Numbered from the stretch's first letter, positions 36,601 through 49,904 are shown. The stretch: DNA of 52,363 nt from Chiloscyllium plagiosum (GCF_004010195.1 NC_057718.1:44304949-44357311), one strand, 5' to 3'. A program made the numbers and translations. The notes: generated by a model not told the origin, from the sequence alone.

Positions 36601-38700
36601 TACAGAAAACTACAAAGGACATGAGGTCCATCCTGGCGATTGTTGTGCCTCAGCCACATCCACATCATCTTTTTCTAAAGCTTTTAATTTATACCTGGAT
36701 TTTGTTTTCATCTATTGTGTAGGTAACACAACAATCTATGAGCTCCTGGTTGTAGGGAAGGCCATCTCCTGACTTAGCAAACAATGGGCAATGTCGTGAC
36801 ATGTTGTTCTTGTTGCAGCCACAGTTCTCCTTGCAGTATGATCCAACATTCAGGTGGATATTAGGTTGCGAATGTATCTCATTGAGTTGCAGTTGTCACC
36901 CCTAATTCAAATAGAACCAGCCTTCTCCAATGACACTCCCATTCCTTGACATTTAAACAGGCTTCTGCTTCACTCTCTTCTTTCTTCATGAACATGTATA
37001 AAAATATGCCATAGAAGACTGTTCTTCTGTTAATTAAAGGGTTTTGAGGTAAAAGAGTTTCCCAACTTTCCTAAAAAAAACTTTGTCAGTGTCTCTATTG
37101 CAATAAGTAATTCAAAAACTGTTCATCATACGATGACTGAAAATCGATCTCTGCACCTTTTGACAGATGTCTCTTTAAACTTGTAGGTATTTGAAGTCAT
37201 GGAATTGTTTTAATGAGGATAGTCTGCACTTGGTCAGTGAATAATGGAAAAAGTGTAAATATGGCTACAGTCAACAGTATCTTTTCAGGGTCCTTTAAAT
37301 TAAATGAATTTGTACTTCAAACACAGTGGAGCAGCTGCAACCACCCAACTCAGGCCACAGTTGGCAGTCTTTTAAATACAAAAGGGGCAGGTGCCTGACA
37401 TGAGGACTTTTCCTCCATATTGTACCCCTAGAAATAGGTAAGGGTGTCTTAAGGTTTAAGACTAACAGACTCAAGGTGCTACATGAAGGGAAATTGATTC
37501 CATTCAATCAAAGTCAATTGATGAGACCATGAAGGGAAATGCAGAATAATTGATTATTTTTTGTGTTTATTATAGGTATGAGTCAAGGTTGAGGAATCTT
37601 GCTCATTGCCAGTTTTACAATTGACTACCATTTCCTTCTTTTAATGATTTTACTATTCCCTCAAATAACCTACCTTAGTTTTATGTAATATACATAAAGT
37701 AGTGCTATAACAGTCAAATTGCTGCTTTCACAAGACAGCAAAATATCAAGTTTTGGTCTTACACTCTTCACTATTTAATTAAATTATAATCTCTTTCTAA
37801 TTTTACGGCACTTTCTCATTAGGTCGAATTCATTCATTGTCACTTCTTTAGATATGAGCTAATGCAAATTCCTCAGATTTAAGGAATTTAACAGAAAATA
37901 ATAAAGAATTCCAGAATAATTTCATTTAATTAATAGTTAAACCTAATTTATTGCACTTTAATAGGAGAATTGTACGACTAAACTTTAATCAAATTGATGA
38001 ACTGACAGGATAGACTAGAAACCCAATGCTCCTTGTTAAACATCTGCCAATTGGTAGAGATCCATTGGTGCCATAAATCACATTGTTCTATTAAACCAAA
38101 GTGATAAACCTAACACACATCTATTTGGTAGAGTAAAACTCGAGCTGTGTGTGTATTAGATCAGCACATAGATCACAGTGCAACATCTTACTGCCAGCTG
38201 ATAGACCACAGTGTAAGTCTGCATTAAATTAACATCTCCATGTATTAATCTCATGACCCTACTAAATTAGTATTCATTCTGCTGTGGTTACTATCATTTG
38301 AATGTACTGCTTTTTGTTGAAATAATTGAATACCAGTGGCTATTCATTTTCTTATTTGTCACATTTCTGTTTATGAAAATTCTGAATGCATACAGAAACC
38401 TGTCACTGTCGATGGCAACCTGTTTGTAACAGTTACTTAGCATAGAACAAGACACAGTGTTTTTAAAGAAATTAAATATTTGATAAAAGGGATTATCATG
38501 TTAGTATAAAATATGAAAATATCTGTCAAGATAGAGTATGGTCATTGAGCACCTTGAACTCCATAGATCTACAGCTCTATGTGTTGCAGAAGTGCAGCAG
38601 AATGGCTAAAAATTAAGATGGTGCCCAGACACCCTGATACCTGGTACTGCATTGTTTTCCAAAAAATGCATTAAAAGGGTCCACACACTTAAAGAAACCA

Positions 38701-39225
38701 CATAGAGTCATAGAGTCATTCAGCATAGAAACAGACCCTTCAGATCAACTCATCCATGTCAACCAGATATCCCAATCTGACCTAGTCTCATTTGTCAGCA
38801 TTTGGCCCATATCCCTCTAAATCCTTCCTGTTCGTATACAAATCCAGATGCCCTTTAAATGTTGTAATTGTATCAGCCTCCACCACTTCTTCTGGCAGCT
38901 CATTCCATACACGTAACACTCTCTGTGTGAGAAAGCTACCTCTCATCTTCAACTTATGCCCTGTAGTTTTGGACTCCTCTACCCTCGGAAAAAGACCTTT
39001 GCAATTCACTCTATTCACACCCTTCATGATTTTATAAACCTCTATAGGTCACCCCAAAATCTCCGACACTCCAGGAATTAAAGTCCCAGCTTAATCAGCC
39101 TCTCCCTATAACCCTCCAGTCCTGGCAACATCCTTGAAAGTCTTTTCTGCACCCTTTCATGTTTAGCAACACCCTTCCTATAGAAGGGCTACTGGAATTG
39201 TATGCACTATTCCAAACGTGGCCTA
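38701..39225 (-). mobile_element. CR1 3' fragment
   Basis: catagagtcatagagtca tail; FLTQRVLRVWNELPEEVVEA...FKGHLD. Confidence 0.92.
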
Positions 39226-41274
39226 TATAGCTGTTTTATGACACGTGAAAAGAAAACTTAGGGAATGCATATGTAAAATCTGTCACCCAGCAAGTAGCCT
39301 AACACTAGACAGGCAGTAGATAGAAAGAATGTCTTGATGGTTGAAAGTTGAAATGACTATGATCAGAAAAGTGGATCTAATTGAGGAGCAGAATACCTTC
39401 CTATTCACATGCATGGATCCTGGGACATACCATGCAGAGTCATTTGTACTCAATCAATTATTCCTTGCACTCTTACTCCATGGAGAAAGAGTTGGAATCA
39501 ATTTTCCTGGAGTACCAAAACTTGAGGATGTCCCTGATGCTGCAGATTACAAACCATGTTATGTCATCTAAGTAATTTGTTGCAGACTGAAATGATCCTT
39601 TCCCACTGAAAATCAGGGCTACAGTGACTTAGAGATCTACAATTTAGGGCTATCTGTACTCTAGTGTGGAGCTTCAATTGACTATGCAATGAGTGGAACA
39701 GTTCTGTGTTTGCTTCACTTATGAAAAGAGGGTGCCGGATGCATTACTCCTCTGTGTGGTTGAGACATAGCAGTTGGTTCCCGAAGACAGAAAGCATGTT
39801 GGGTTGCCCTAATTCTCTCCTGCAACTTTCTTCTTCCAGTCATTGCTGGATTGAATGGCAATGGATTAGGGTTGAGAAGTCAAATGGTCAACACGTGCTC
39901 CTAATTCATATGTTCGTATGACTTACCCTCGCTGGGGTAACTAATCCTCATTCTCTAGATCAAATGATAAACTCAGCAGAACTCCAGTGACAGCAGCAAC
40001 TGCATCAAACTATAATGACAGAACAATACTACATGTTCAGAATGTAGCGAAAAGACATTTTAAAGAAATATTCCTCCAGCTAAAACAATCAAATGCTGGT
40101 CTNNNNNNNNNNNNNNNNNNNNNNNNNNNNNNNNNNNNNNNNNNNNNNNNNNNNNNNNNNNNNNNNNNNNNNNNNNNNNNNNNNNNNNNNNNNNNNNNNN
40201 NNNNNNNNNNNNNNNNNNNNNNNNNNNNNNNNNNNNNNNNNNNNNNNNNNNNNNNNNNNNNNNNNNNNNNNNNNNNNNNNNNNNNNNNNNNNNNNNNNNN
40301 NNNNNNNNNNNNNNNNNNNNNNNNNNNNNNNNNNNNNNNNNNNNNNNNNNNNNNNNNNNNNNNNNNNNNNNNNNNNNNNNNNNNNNNNNNNNNNNNNNNN
40401 NNNNNNNNNNNNNNNNNNNNNNNNNNNNNNNNNNNNNNNNNNNNNNNNNNNNNNNNNNNNNNNNNNNNNNNNNNNNNNNNNNNNNNNNNNNNNNNNNNNN
40501 NNNNNNNNNNNNNNNNNNNNNNNNNNNNNNNNNNNNNNNNNNNNNNNNNNNNNNNNNNNNNNNNNNNNNNNNNNNNNNNNNNNNNNNNNNNNNNNNNNNN
40601 NNGATGGGTAAAGAAATTGAGGGTTTGGTTAAGAATAAAAAGCAAGCATATGGGAGATATAGACAGGATAGATCGAGTGAATCCTTAGAAGAGTGTAAAG
40701 GCAGTAGGAGTATACTTAAGAGGAAAATCAGGAGGGCAAAAAGGGGACATGAGACAGTTTTGGCAAATAGAGTTAAGGAGAATCCAAAGGGTTTTTGCAA
40801 ATACATTAAGGACAAAAGGGTAACTAGGGAGAGAATAGGGTCCCTCAAAAATCAGCAAGGCGGCCTTTGTGTGGAGCCGCAAGAGATGGGGTAGATATTA
40901 AACGAGTATTTTGCATCAGTATTTACTGTGGAAAAGGACATGGAAGATATAGAATGTAGGGAAATAGACAGTGACATCTTAAAAAATGTGCATATTACAG
41001 AGGAGGAAGTGCTGGATGTCTTGAAACATATAAAAGTGGATAAATCCCCAGGACCTGATCAGGTGTACGCTGGGACTCTGTGGGAAGCAAAGGAAGTAGT
41101 TGCTGGGGCCCTTGCTGAGATATTTTTATCATCGACAGTCACAGGTGAGGTGCTGGAAGACTGGAAGTTGGCTAACGTGGTGCCAATGTTTAAGAAGGAT
41201 GGTAAGGACAAGCCAGGGAACTATAGACCAGTGAGCCGGATGTCAGTGATGGGGAAAATCCTGAGGGACAGGAT

Positions 41275-41600
41275 TACTTAGAGTGTGGAAACAGGCCCTT
41301 CAGCCCAACAAGTCCACACCGACCCGCCGAAGCGCACCCACCCAGACCCATTCCCCTACATTTACTCTCGCACCTAACACTACGGGCAATTTAGCATGGT
41401 CAATTCACCTAACCTGCACATTTTTGGACCGTGGGAGGAAACCGGAGCACCCGGAGCACCCGGAGGAAACCCACGCAGACAGGGGGTGAATGTGCAAACT
41501 CCACACAGTCAGTCACCTGAGGCGGGAATTGAACCTGGGTCTCTGGCGCTGTGAGGCAGCAGTGCTAACCACTGTACCACTGTACCACCGTACCGCACAC
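41275..41600 (-). mobile_element. HE1-type SINE nested in CR1
   Basis: Reverse complement of the 13026-13346 family; flanked by caggat at 41269-41274 and 41601-41606. Confidence 0.9.
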
Positions 41601-42755
41601 CAGGATGTACCTGTATTTGGAAAGGCAAGGACTGACTTGGGATAGTCAACATGGCTTTGTGCATGGGAAATCACGTCTCACAAACTTGATTGAGTTTTTG
41701 AAGAAGTAACAAAGAGATTTGATGAGAGCAGAACAGTGGATGTAATCTATATGGACTTCAGTAAGGCGTTCAACAAGGTTCCCCATAGGAGACTGGTTAG
41801 CAAGGTTAGATCTCATGGAATACAGGGAGAACTAGCCATTTGGAACAGAACTGGCTCAAAGGTAGAAGACAGAGGGTGGTGGTGGAGGGTTGTTTTTCAG
41901 ACTGGAGGCCTGTGACCAGTGGAGTGCCACAAGGATCGGTGCTGAGTCCACTACTTTTTGTCATTTACATAAATGATTTGGATGTGAACATAGGAGGTAT
42001 AGTTAGTAAGTTTGCAGATGACACCAAAATTGGAGGTGTAGTGGACAACAAAGAAGGTTACCTCCGATTACAACAGGTTCTTGATCAGATGGATGGAGTT
42101 TAATTCAGATAAATGTGAAGTGCTGCATTTTGAGAAAGCAAATCTTAGCAGGACTTATACACTTAATGGTAAGGTCCTAGGGAGTGTTGCTGAACAAAGA
42201 GACCTTGGAGTGCAGGTTCATAGATCCTTGAAAGTGGATTTGCAGGTAGATAGGATTGTGAAGAAGGCATTTGGTATGCTTTCCATTATCAGTCAGGTTA
42301 TTGAGTACAGGAGTTGGGAGGTCATGTTGTGGCTGTACAGGACATTGGTAGGCCACTTTTGGAATATTGCGTGCAATTCTGGTCTCCTTCCTATCGGAAA
42401 GATGTTGTGAAACTTGAAAGTGTTCAGAAAAAATTTACAAAGATGTTGCCTGGGTTGGAGAATTTGAGCTATAGGGAGAGGCTGAAGAGGCTGGGCTGTT
42501 TTCCCTGGAGCGTCAGAGGCTGAGGGGTGACCTTATAGTGGTTTACAAAATTATGAGGGGCATGGATAGGATAAATAAACAAAGTCTTTTCCCTGGGGTG
42601 GGGAAGTCCAGAATTAGAGGGCATAGGTTTAGTGGGAGAGGGGAAAGATATAAAAGAGACTAAGGGACAATGTTTTCACACAGAGGATGGTACGCGTATG
42701 GAATGAGCTGCCAGAGGAAGTGGTGGAGGCTGGTACATTTGCAACATTTAAAAGG

Positions 42756-42976
42756 TAAAAATCACACAACACCAGGTTATAGTCCAACAGGTTCAATTGG
42801 GAGCACAATAGCCTTCGGAGTGCCGCTCCTTCATCAGGTGATCAGCCACAATCACCTGATGTCGGAGCGGTGCTCCAAAAGCTAGTGCATCCAATTAAAC
42901 CTGTTGGACTATAACCTGGTGTTGTGTGATTTTTAACTTTGTACACCCCAGTCCAACACCAGCATCTCCAAATCAT
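42756..42976. mobile_element. Palindromic short Penelope-terminus-like element (family 2) with degenerate hammerhead cores on both arms
   Basis: Inverted arms ~42756-42840 and ~42853-42936; 13-bp TSD aacatttaaaagg at 42743-42755 and 42977-42989; CTGATGA-A-GGAG..CTCC-GAAG on the minus strand and CTGATGT-C-GGAGC..GCTCC-AAAA on the plus strand. Confidence 0.8.
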
Positions 42977-43299
42977 AACATTTAAAAGGCACCTAGATGA
43001 GTTTATGAATAGGAAGGGTTTGGAGGGATATGGTCCGGGTGCTGGCAGTTGGGACTAGATTGGTTTGGGATATCTGGTCGGCATGGACGAGTTGGAGCAA
43101 AGGGTTTGTTTCCATGCTGTACATCTCTGACTCTATGCCTTAGAACAGACGTAAGATGATAATGTGATGGGTTTTATGCCTATGAAAGTGGAGGGGGCTG
43201 CACAAAAGTTAAGGGGTGGAATAAGGTAGAAAAGATTTAATGGCAATTGAACAAAACGGAGTGATAATGTTTGTCTGTAGTGAATGTGAATGGAAGAAC

Positions 43300-44155
43300 A
43301 ATGAATGGCTACATCCATAGCAAAAACATGCGAAATAAGATTTAAGACCAACACATGGCAGTCATATTGATGAACTTAGTTGAGTCCAAAAGGCTGTAAA
43401 CTATCAAATTGAAAGACAATGTGTTGACCTTCAAGTTTGTGTTGAGCTTAACAGCAATTCAATGATAGAAATGTGAGCCGAGAGCAAGGTGGTGAATTAA
43501 AATGGCAAGCAACTGGAGGGATAGCTTCTGTGAAGTGGTTACCCAATCTATGTTTCATCCCCCAAAAATAAAGGAGAGCCTTTGTGAGCAGCAAATACAG
43601 TTCACCAAATTGAAATAAGTAACTGTAGATTGTTCCTTCACCTGGAAGTAGTACAGAGGCCTTGGATGCTAAGGTGTTACACCTTCAGTTGTTATATGGG
43701 TGGATGTGCCAAATTGTTGAGGGTGATTGACGAATGAATCAGGATGTCTTGGAGGGAACAGTTCTTTCAGAAGGGGAGGAGGAGGAGAAGTGTTTGGCAG
43801 TGGCATCAAGCTCAGTGGCAGAAATGGTAGACAATGATCTTCTGAATATAGAAGCTGGTGGGGTAGAAAGTGAAGACAGAGAAAGCTTTATCACAGTGCG
43901 GGAAGAGAAGGAAGGGAAGACTGAGTACAGACCAGTAGTAAATGGATCAGACAATATTAAAGGCTTTGTCAACCACTGCTGGGATGAATCTTTGGTCAAA
44001 GGTTTGCTGCTGTGGAAGCTAAAATAATCAGAACAAATATAATGGAAACAAAGAAACTGGGAGAATGGATTGGACTCTTTATAGTGAGAAGGCTCTGAGG
44101 TTGTTGTGATAGCTGTGGGTTTTGGTGGATTTACAATGGATATTATAAACTATGA
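43300..44155 (-). mobile_element. Old degenerate Penelope-like element (RT thumb plus GIY-YIG endonuclease)
   Basis: Minus strand: NIHCKSTKTHSY...PFSQF-like, IQKII..DATAKHF, and FQVKEQSTVTYFNLVNCICCSQ (compare FQV.Q.FTC.S.NLVYCI.CS.C..LYIGET). Confidence 0.65.
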
Positions 44156-44159
44156 CTGA

Positions 44160-44470
44160 GATGGGCTAAAGGATGGGCAGGATCAGGAGCTCAATAATCC
44201 AAGTCATGGGTTATCTAGGTGAGATAGAGAAGGCAATAGAAGAAGAAGGGAGGGCTGTAATGTTGATCAAGGAACCAGTTAGAGCAGACAGGAGGGATGA
44301 TGTTTGGAAGGATCATCAAATGAAGTTTTATGTGTCGAGGTAAAAAGCACAAAAGGGACAAAAACGCTGTTAAGTGTGGACCACATGCTCCCAAACAGTC
44401 AGGAAAAGATAAATTATGTAATCAAATTTCAGAGAAATCTCAGATTTTAACTTCCCAAATATTAACTGGG
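44160..44470 (+). mobile_element. CR1 APE endonuclease fragment
   Basis: ELN.P...RDREGNRRR.GG-like motif and DFNFPNINW. Confidence 0.6.
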
Positions 44471-44471
44471 A

Positions 44472-44968
44472 CAGAAGGGGTTCAGAAAAGACTTACAAGG
44501 ATGTTGCCAGAATTGGAGGGCTTGAGCCATAGGGAGAGGCTGAATAGACTGGGGCTATTTTCCTTGGAGCATTGGAGGCTAAGGGGTGACCTTACAGAGG
44601 TTTATAAAATCATGAAGGGCATGGATAGGGAATAGTCAAGGTCATTTCCCCAGGTTAGGGGAGTCTAAAACTAGAGGGCATAGGTTTAAAGTAAGAGGAG
44701 AAAGCTTTAAGAGGGAACTAAGGGGCAGCTCTTTCACGCAGAGGGTGATGCGTGTATGGAATGAGCTGCCAGAGGAAGTGGTGGAGGCTGGTACAACTTT
44801 AACATTTAAAAGGCATCTGGATGGATATATGAATAGGAAGTGTTTCAAAGAATATGGGCCAAGTGCTGGAAAATGGGACTGGATTAATTTAGGATATCTA
44901 GTCAGTGTGGACAAGTTGAACTGAAGAATTTGTTTCCGTGCTGTACATCTCTATGAGTCTGTGACTAC
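44472..44968 (+). mobile_element. CR1 3' fragment (young family)
   Basis: VQKRLTRMLPELEGLSHRERLNRLGLFSLEHWRLRGDLTEVYKIM; tail ctgtacatctctatgagtctgtgact. Confidence 0.93.
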
Positions 44969-45084
44969 ATGTGTAAGGTAGGATGAGAATAAAATGCTTA
45001 ATTTGCAACCAGGGAACTTTTTTTAGCCAGTTCTTGGAAAGTCCAACAAGACAAGATCCATTTCAATATTCAGAAACTCAATGA

Positions 45085-45770
45085 CTTGGTATTCACAGTC
45101 TTTTGCAGCAATGAGTTTCACAGATTCACCATGCTCTGGCTAAAGAAATGTCTGTTCCTCTCAGTTCTAAAGGCTTATCTCTTCACTCTGAGGCTTGGGC
45201 CATGATATTTCCTATTAGTTGAAACACCTTGGCCATGCTATCCAGGCCTCTCAGTATTCAACAAGTTTCAATGTGATCTCTGTCATCCTTCTAAACTCTA
45301 TCAAATACAGACTCAGAGTCCTCAACCACTTCTCATATAATAAGTCTTTCATTCCTGGGGGTAAATATCCTCCGGACCTCTTCCAAAGCTAACACATCCC
45401 TCCTTAGATATAGGCCCAAAACTGCTCAGAATATTCCAAGTGTAGTCCGACCAAAGTCTTATACAACCGCAGCAGTATGTCCCTGCTCTTGTATTCTAGC
45501 ACTCTTGAAGTGAATGGTGACATTATATTTGCTTTTCTAATTGCTAACTGAACCTACATTTTAATCTTAAGAGAATCCTGAACTAGGACTCTCAAGTCCC
45601 TTGTGTTTCAGATTTCTGAAGCCTTTCCTCATTTAGAAAATAATCTACACCTCTATTTCTCCTACCAAAGTGCATTTCTCTCACTTTCCATCTGCCACTT
45701 CTTTGCCCACACTACTAGCCCATCCAGGTCCTTTTGCAGCCTTCCACCTCCTCAATGCTACCTGTCTCTT
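45085..45770 (-). mobile_element. Old CR1 fragment
   Basis: Reverse-strand LVGLHLEYSEQF-like and RTERN..FSQSMVNL motifs. Confidence 0.75.
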
Positions 45771-45941
45771 CAATGAAGGCGTAACAGTAAGGGAGTATTT
45801 AGAAAATAGTGACCATATTCAGTTGGATTTTGGATATTTATGGAAAAGCATAAGGATGAGCAGGGAATAAAAGTTCTAAACTAAGAAAAGACTAATTTTA
45901 CTTATATGTAATACAATTTGGCCCAGGTCAACTAGAAGCAC

Positions 45942-46636
45942 TAGAGTCATAGGGTCATAGAGTCTTACAGCATGGAAACAGACTCTTCAATCCAACAAGT
46001 CCAGGCCAACCATGTTCCCAAACCTAACTAATCTCACTTGTCTGCATTTGGACCATATCCCTCCAAATCTTTCCTATTCATGTACTTATCCAAATGCCTT
46101 TTAAATGCTATAACTGTACCTACATCCACCACATCCTCTGGAGCTCATTCCACATACGAACAACTTTCTGTATAAAACAAAATCACCCTTCCTGTCCTTT
46201 TTAAATCTTTCTCCTCTCACATGAAAATATGCCATCTAGTTTTGAACTCCCCTACTCCTGGGAATAGACCCTTGCTATTCATTTTATCTACGTACGTCAT
46301 GATTTTATAAAGCTCTATAAGGTTATCCCTCAAACTCCTACGCTCCAGTGAAAAACAACCCAGCCTATCTTTATAACTCAAATCTTCCATATCTGCACCT
46401 TCTCCAATTTAATAATATCCTTCCTGTAGCAGCGCAACCAGAACTGTACACAGTACTCTACAAAAGGCCTCACCAATGTCCTGTACAAACTCCACATGAC
46501 AGCCCAATTTCTATACTCAATGGTCTGAGCAATGAAGGCAAGCGTGCTAAATACCTTCTTAACCACCCTGTCTATATGTAACGTAAATTTCAAATAACTA
46601 CGCACCTGAACCCCTAAGTCGCTCTGTTCTACAACC
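45942..46636 (-). mobile_element. CR1 3' fragment
   Basis: LYRTLVRPFVEYCVQFW; agagtcatagggtcatagagtc tail. Confidence 0.9.
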
Positions 46637-47169
46637 CAGTAACATGATCAATCATAAGTCATGCTTGAAATGGAAACAATTCCTCCCCAATCTAAAATGT
46701 TTAAGAGAATGATCATAGTTTATTACAAAATAAAAAGTTGGCCTGCTGGGCAGAAGTAACATTTTTTTATAAGGAATATAAGGTAATCCACTGCCCCATT
46801 TTAAAATAAAATGAAATGCCACACGGTTATGATCTTGTTTCTAAAGTTTCCTCTTCAACTTACCATAGTGAAATCAATTGATCTCCCACTCCGTCTCAAC
46901 AGCTGTGTTTTAATGCAACCAATGCATTATCCCCACAACTTGGGAGTAAAGAATCTCAATCTGTTGGGCAAAAAAAGGGAGGTAATTATTATACAGTTCC
47001 TTCTGTATTAATTTGGTTGATATGGTTATTTCTGAACCACCTTATAGTCCAGTAAATGTAGAAAAAACAGAATCTGAGCAATGAAAGGTATTTAAGGAGA
47101 AAATAGTGAGAGAAGAAAACGAATATGTCCTCATAAAGTCATAAGGTGGTGTTGTGTATTTATGCAACT

Positions 47170-47810
47170 GAGTAGAATAGAATACAATACAATAGCCTTT
47201 ATTGTCACATGCACGCAAATGAATGCAATAAGAGGTTTTTAATGTCAATGCTTTGGTGCCATCTTGAATACTGGGTACCTAGGTACAGATACTTTAAGTG
47301 TTTGTTACAGAACTGAAAGAGTAGAAAAAAAAAAGTTCAGCATAGGAATACAAAGTTTTAAAAAGTACTTGACCTACTCAAAGACCAGAATAAGAATATA
47401 GAAGTACCTTTAAAAGTACTCAAATTATTGTCCTTTTCACTGGGTCCATGTCCACTGGGCTTCAGAACACGAGGCCTTGCTGCCTCCATGCGCTAGCCTC
47501 CGGCTTGGACTCACCTCCTGGATTCAACTCCAAGGCCGGGCCTGGACTGCCTCCCACTCTGGGCTCTGTTCTGCAACTCGCCTCCTGTGCAGCATGCTCT
47601 CTGATTCATCTCCCATGCCAGGTTGGACTCAGACTTGCCTCCATTCTCCATTCCCTCTGGGTAAATTTAAAAACTTTAAAGTTGGTGGGTGGGGGCAAAA
47701 AAACTGCAGAAAAGAGAAGAAAAGAAGGAAAAAATGGCGAATATATTGGACTGTCATTAAGAATCTGCTCACATGATGTGATGATGATATCAGCCATTTT
47801 GGAGGAAACC
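47170..47810 (-). mobile_element. Unclassified non-autonomous retroposon (tail tgtgacaataaag...ttcta), related to 50590-51546
   Basis: Minus strand shares tctgtacctaggta...aagatgg(c/t)(a/g)cca and tgtgacaataaag...attcta with 51440-51546. Confidence 0.55.
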
Positions 47811-47959
47811 AGTTTAGTCCAGCATGGTGTCTTGTAGGGTAGGCACCTCCTTAACAAAAGCTATTGTTGTTTTAAACACTGCAGCCCCTTGTCCTTTTTG
47901 AATCATGACAGGTGTGACCAACCATAGGCATAAAGGGACATTAAAGTGAAGATTATTAA

Positions 47960-48975
47960 AACAAATAGAAGCTTATGACAGATAACAAGGGCTCAAAGTG
48001 GATTATAAAAGGTACAGGAAAAAAGGAAATTAGGGAAACAAAGCAATGCATGAGGAAGCATTAACAGGTAGACTACAGGGAAATCCAAAGGGTTTTAATC
48101 TCAAAATATATAAAGAACAAGAGAATAACTCAGAAAAGAGCAGGGTCCATTAGGGACCAGAGAGAAAATCTGTGTATGTGGACACCAAAGGAGAGGACAC
48201 ACTCCCCAATGAACACTTTGCTTCAGTCTTCACAATAGAAAAGGATCACGCAGCTACAAACATCTGGGTGAAGGACAATGCTATATTAGAAGAAATTAAG
48301 ATAGGGCACAAGGATATGCTAGTGGTTTAGTTGTCTTAAAAGCGAATAAATCTGAAGGGCCAAATGAGATGCATGGGTGTTCAGGGAGGTAAGGGAAGAG
48401 ATATCAGAGTTCCTGGCAATAATTTTTAAAACTTCTCTGGTAACAGTTGACGTGCCAGAGGATTGGGGGATGACTAACGGTATCCCATTACTAAAAAAAG
48501 TGAGAAAGGGACAAACCAGAAAATTATAGGTCAATCAACCTAAACTCAGGTGATGAGAAAGTTATTCGAAGGAACTCTGAGGGACAGAATATGTCTGCAC
48601 ATGGAGAGACACTGATTAATTTGTTATCATTCATTTGTTAAGGGAACGCTGTGTTTGACAAATTGGATCAAATTTTTTGAGGAGGTAACAGGGGTCTTGA
48701 CGATGGTGATGCATTTGATGTGGTCCACAGGATCTTTAGATGAGGTGTTCTGTGACTGACTGGTTGAGAAAGCAAGACCAAAGTAAGATCAATGAGATCC
48801 AAGGCAAAGACGCATATTGTGTCCCAAATTGATTAGAAGGTTGGAAATTGAAGGTGATGATAGAAGGATGTTTCTGTGTCTGGAAATCTAATTTCAGTGG
48901 AGGTCCACAGAGTTTGCTGTTAAGGCCATTACTATTTGTGGTGTATATTAATGGTTTGGACTTAATTGTAAGAAG
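47960..48975 (+). mobile_element. Old CR1 ORF2 fragment
   Basis: GNPKGF, FASVFTIEK, VPEDWGMTN, PENYRSINL, FFEEVT motifs. Confidence 0.8.
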
Positions 48976-49904
48976 CTTGGAATCAAAAGAGTTGTGAATG
49001 CAGTTGGAAAGAGACTGAATCAGGAAGATAAAATAGAATTAATACAGGAACAAATAAGTTCAATGGGGCAGGATCATGCTGAAACAATGTCCTGTTTGTG
49101 AATTTTGAGAAGGAGGTAGAAGTGGGTTGTTAGGCTATGAGGTGGGAAGCATTGGGAATGAACTAATGTCAGTGAAATTCCTGGAAATAATGGCTTGATA
49201 TTTGGTATTGATGTTATCATCCAGGAGGAGGTACAAAGAAATATCTGAGAGTTCGCATTCAGCTCAAGTTGGCATTCAGTTGGCATTTGCAAGGTAGAGG
49301 TCAGTTTGCTGTATAACAACAGCACCACCCTTTTCAGTAGGTTTGGTAACAATGTCAAGATTTGACCTGAAAGAATGAGTTCACGATGTTCAGAGAGAGA
49401 CAGGTTCAAATAAATGAAGAAATTAAAATAGCTCCTGTCACACTGCCCTTTCTCAATGAAAAGACCATTAGACACCTAATGAAGGCAAACAGGTATAAGG
49501 AGAATATTGAGGCAAGATGAAAGGATCCACTGGTTGGTCAGAGGACTGGTGTCTTTACCAAACTGATTCTATATTTTTTGAACCTCTAAACCCAGATCAT
49601 TTCTCAATTTTGTGCTTTAAAACATTGCAATAAAAATATGAAAAAAATAAAAAGATAAAAAAATTGAAAGTAAAAGGTAACAGAAGAAGAATCCTGTGAC
49701 TTGTGGAGTTTGTTATCATTATGGTGGGGTCATATAGGATAATATTTCCAATGTAGTTGGCTATGTACTATAACAATTAGTGAAGTAAGGTCCAATTTTG
49801 CCCTGTAGGCCTTCTCTCATGTAATAAATTGTTTCCTGATGCTAAAGCATGACTATTTAATAGAGTTTGTGTTCTTTCTACTATAATCTTTCTTTAACCT
49901 TCAG

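Larger units (their letters stand above)
40603..43135 (+). mobile_element. CR1 LINE ORF2 (linker, RT, 3' UTR) with two nested insertions
   Basis: KENPKGFCKYIK, VDKSPGPD, NYRPVS, SGVPQGSVLSPLLFVIYINDLD, KFADDTK, YCVQFWSP; gactcta tail. Confidence 0.95.

Noticed and set aside
37180..37440. Possible additional exon (ttgtag|gtat… to …ag|gtaagg)
   Set aside because: The frame I translated has stops and no recognisable homology, and no exon is expected between the two in-phase USH2A exons.
39987..40848. Long ORFs spanning N-runs (also 6417-6883)
   Set aside because: Artefacts of translating assembly gaps.
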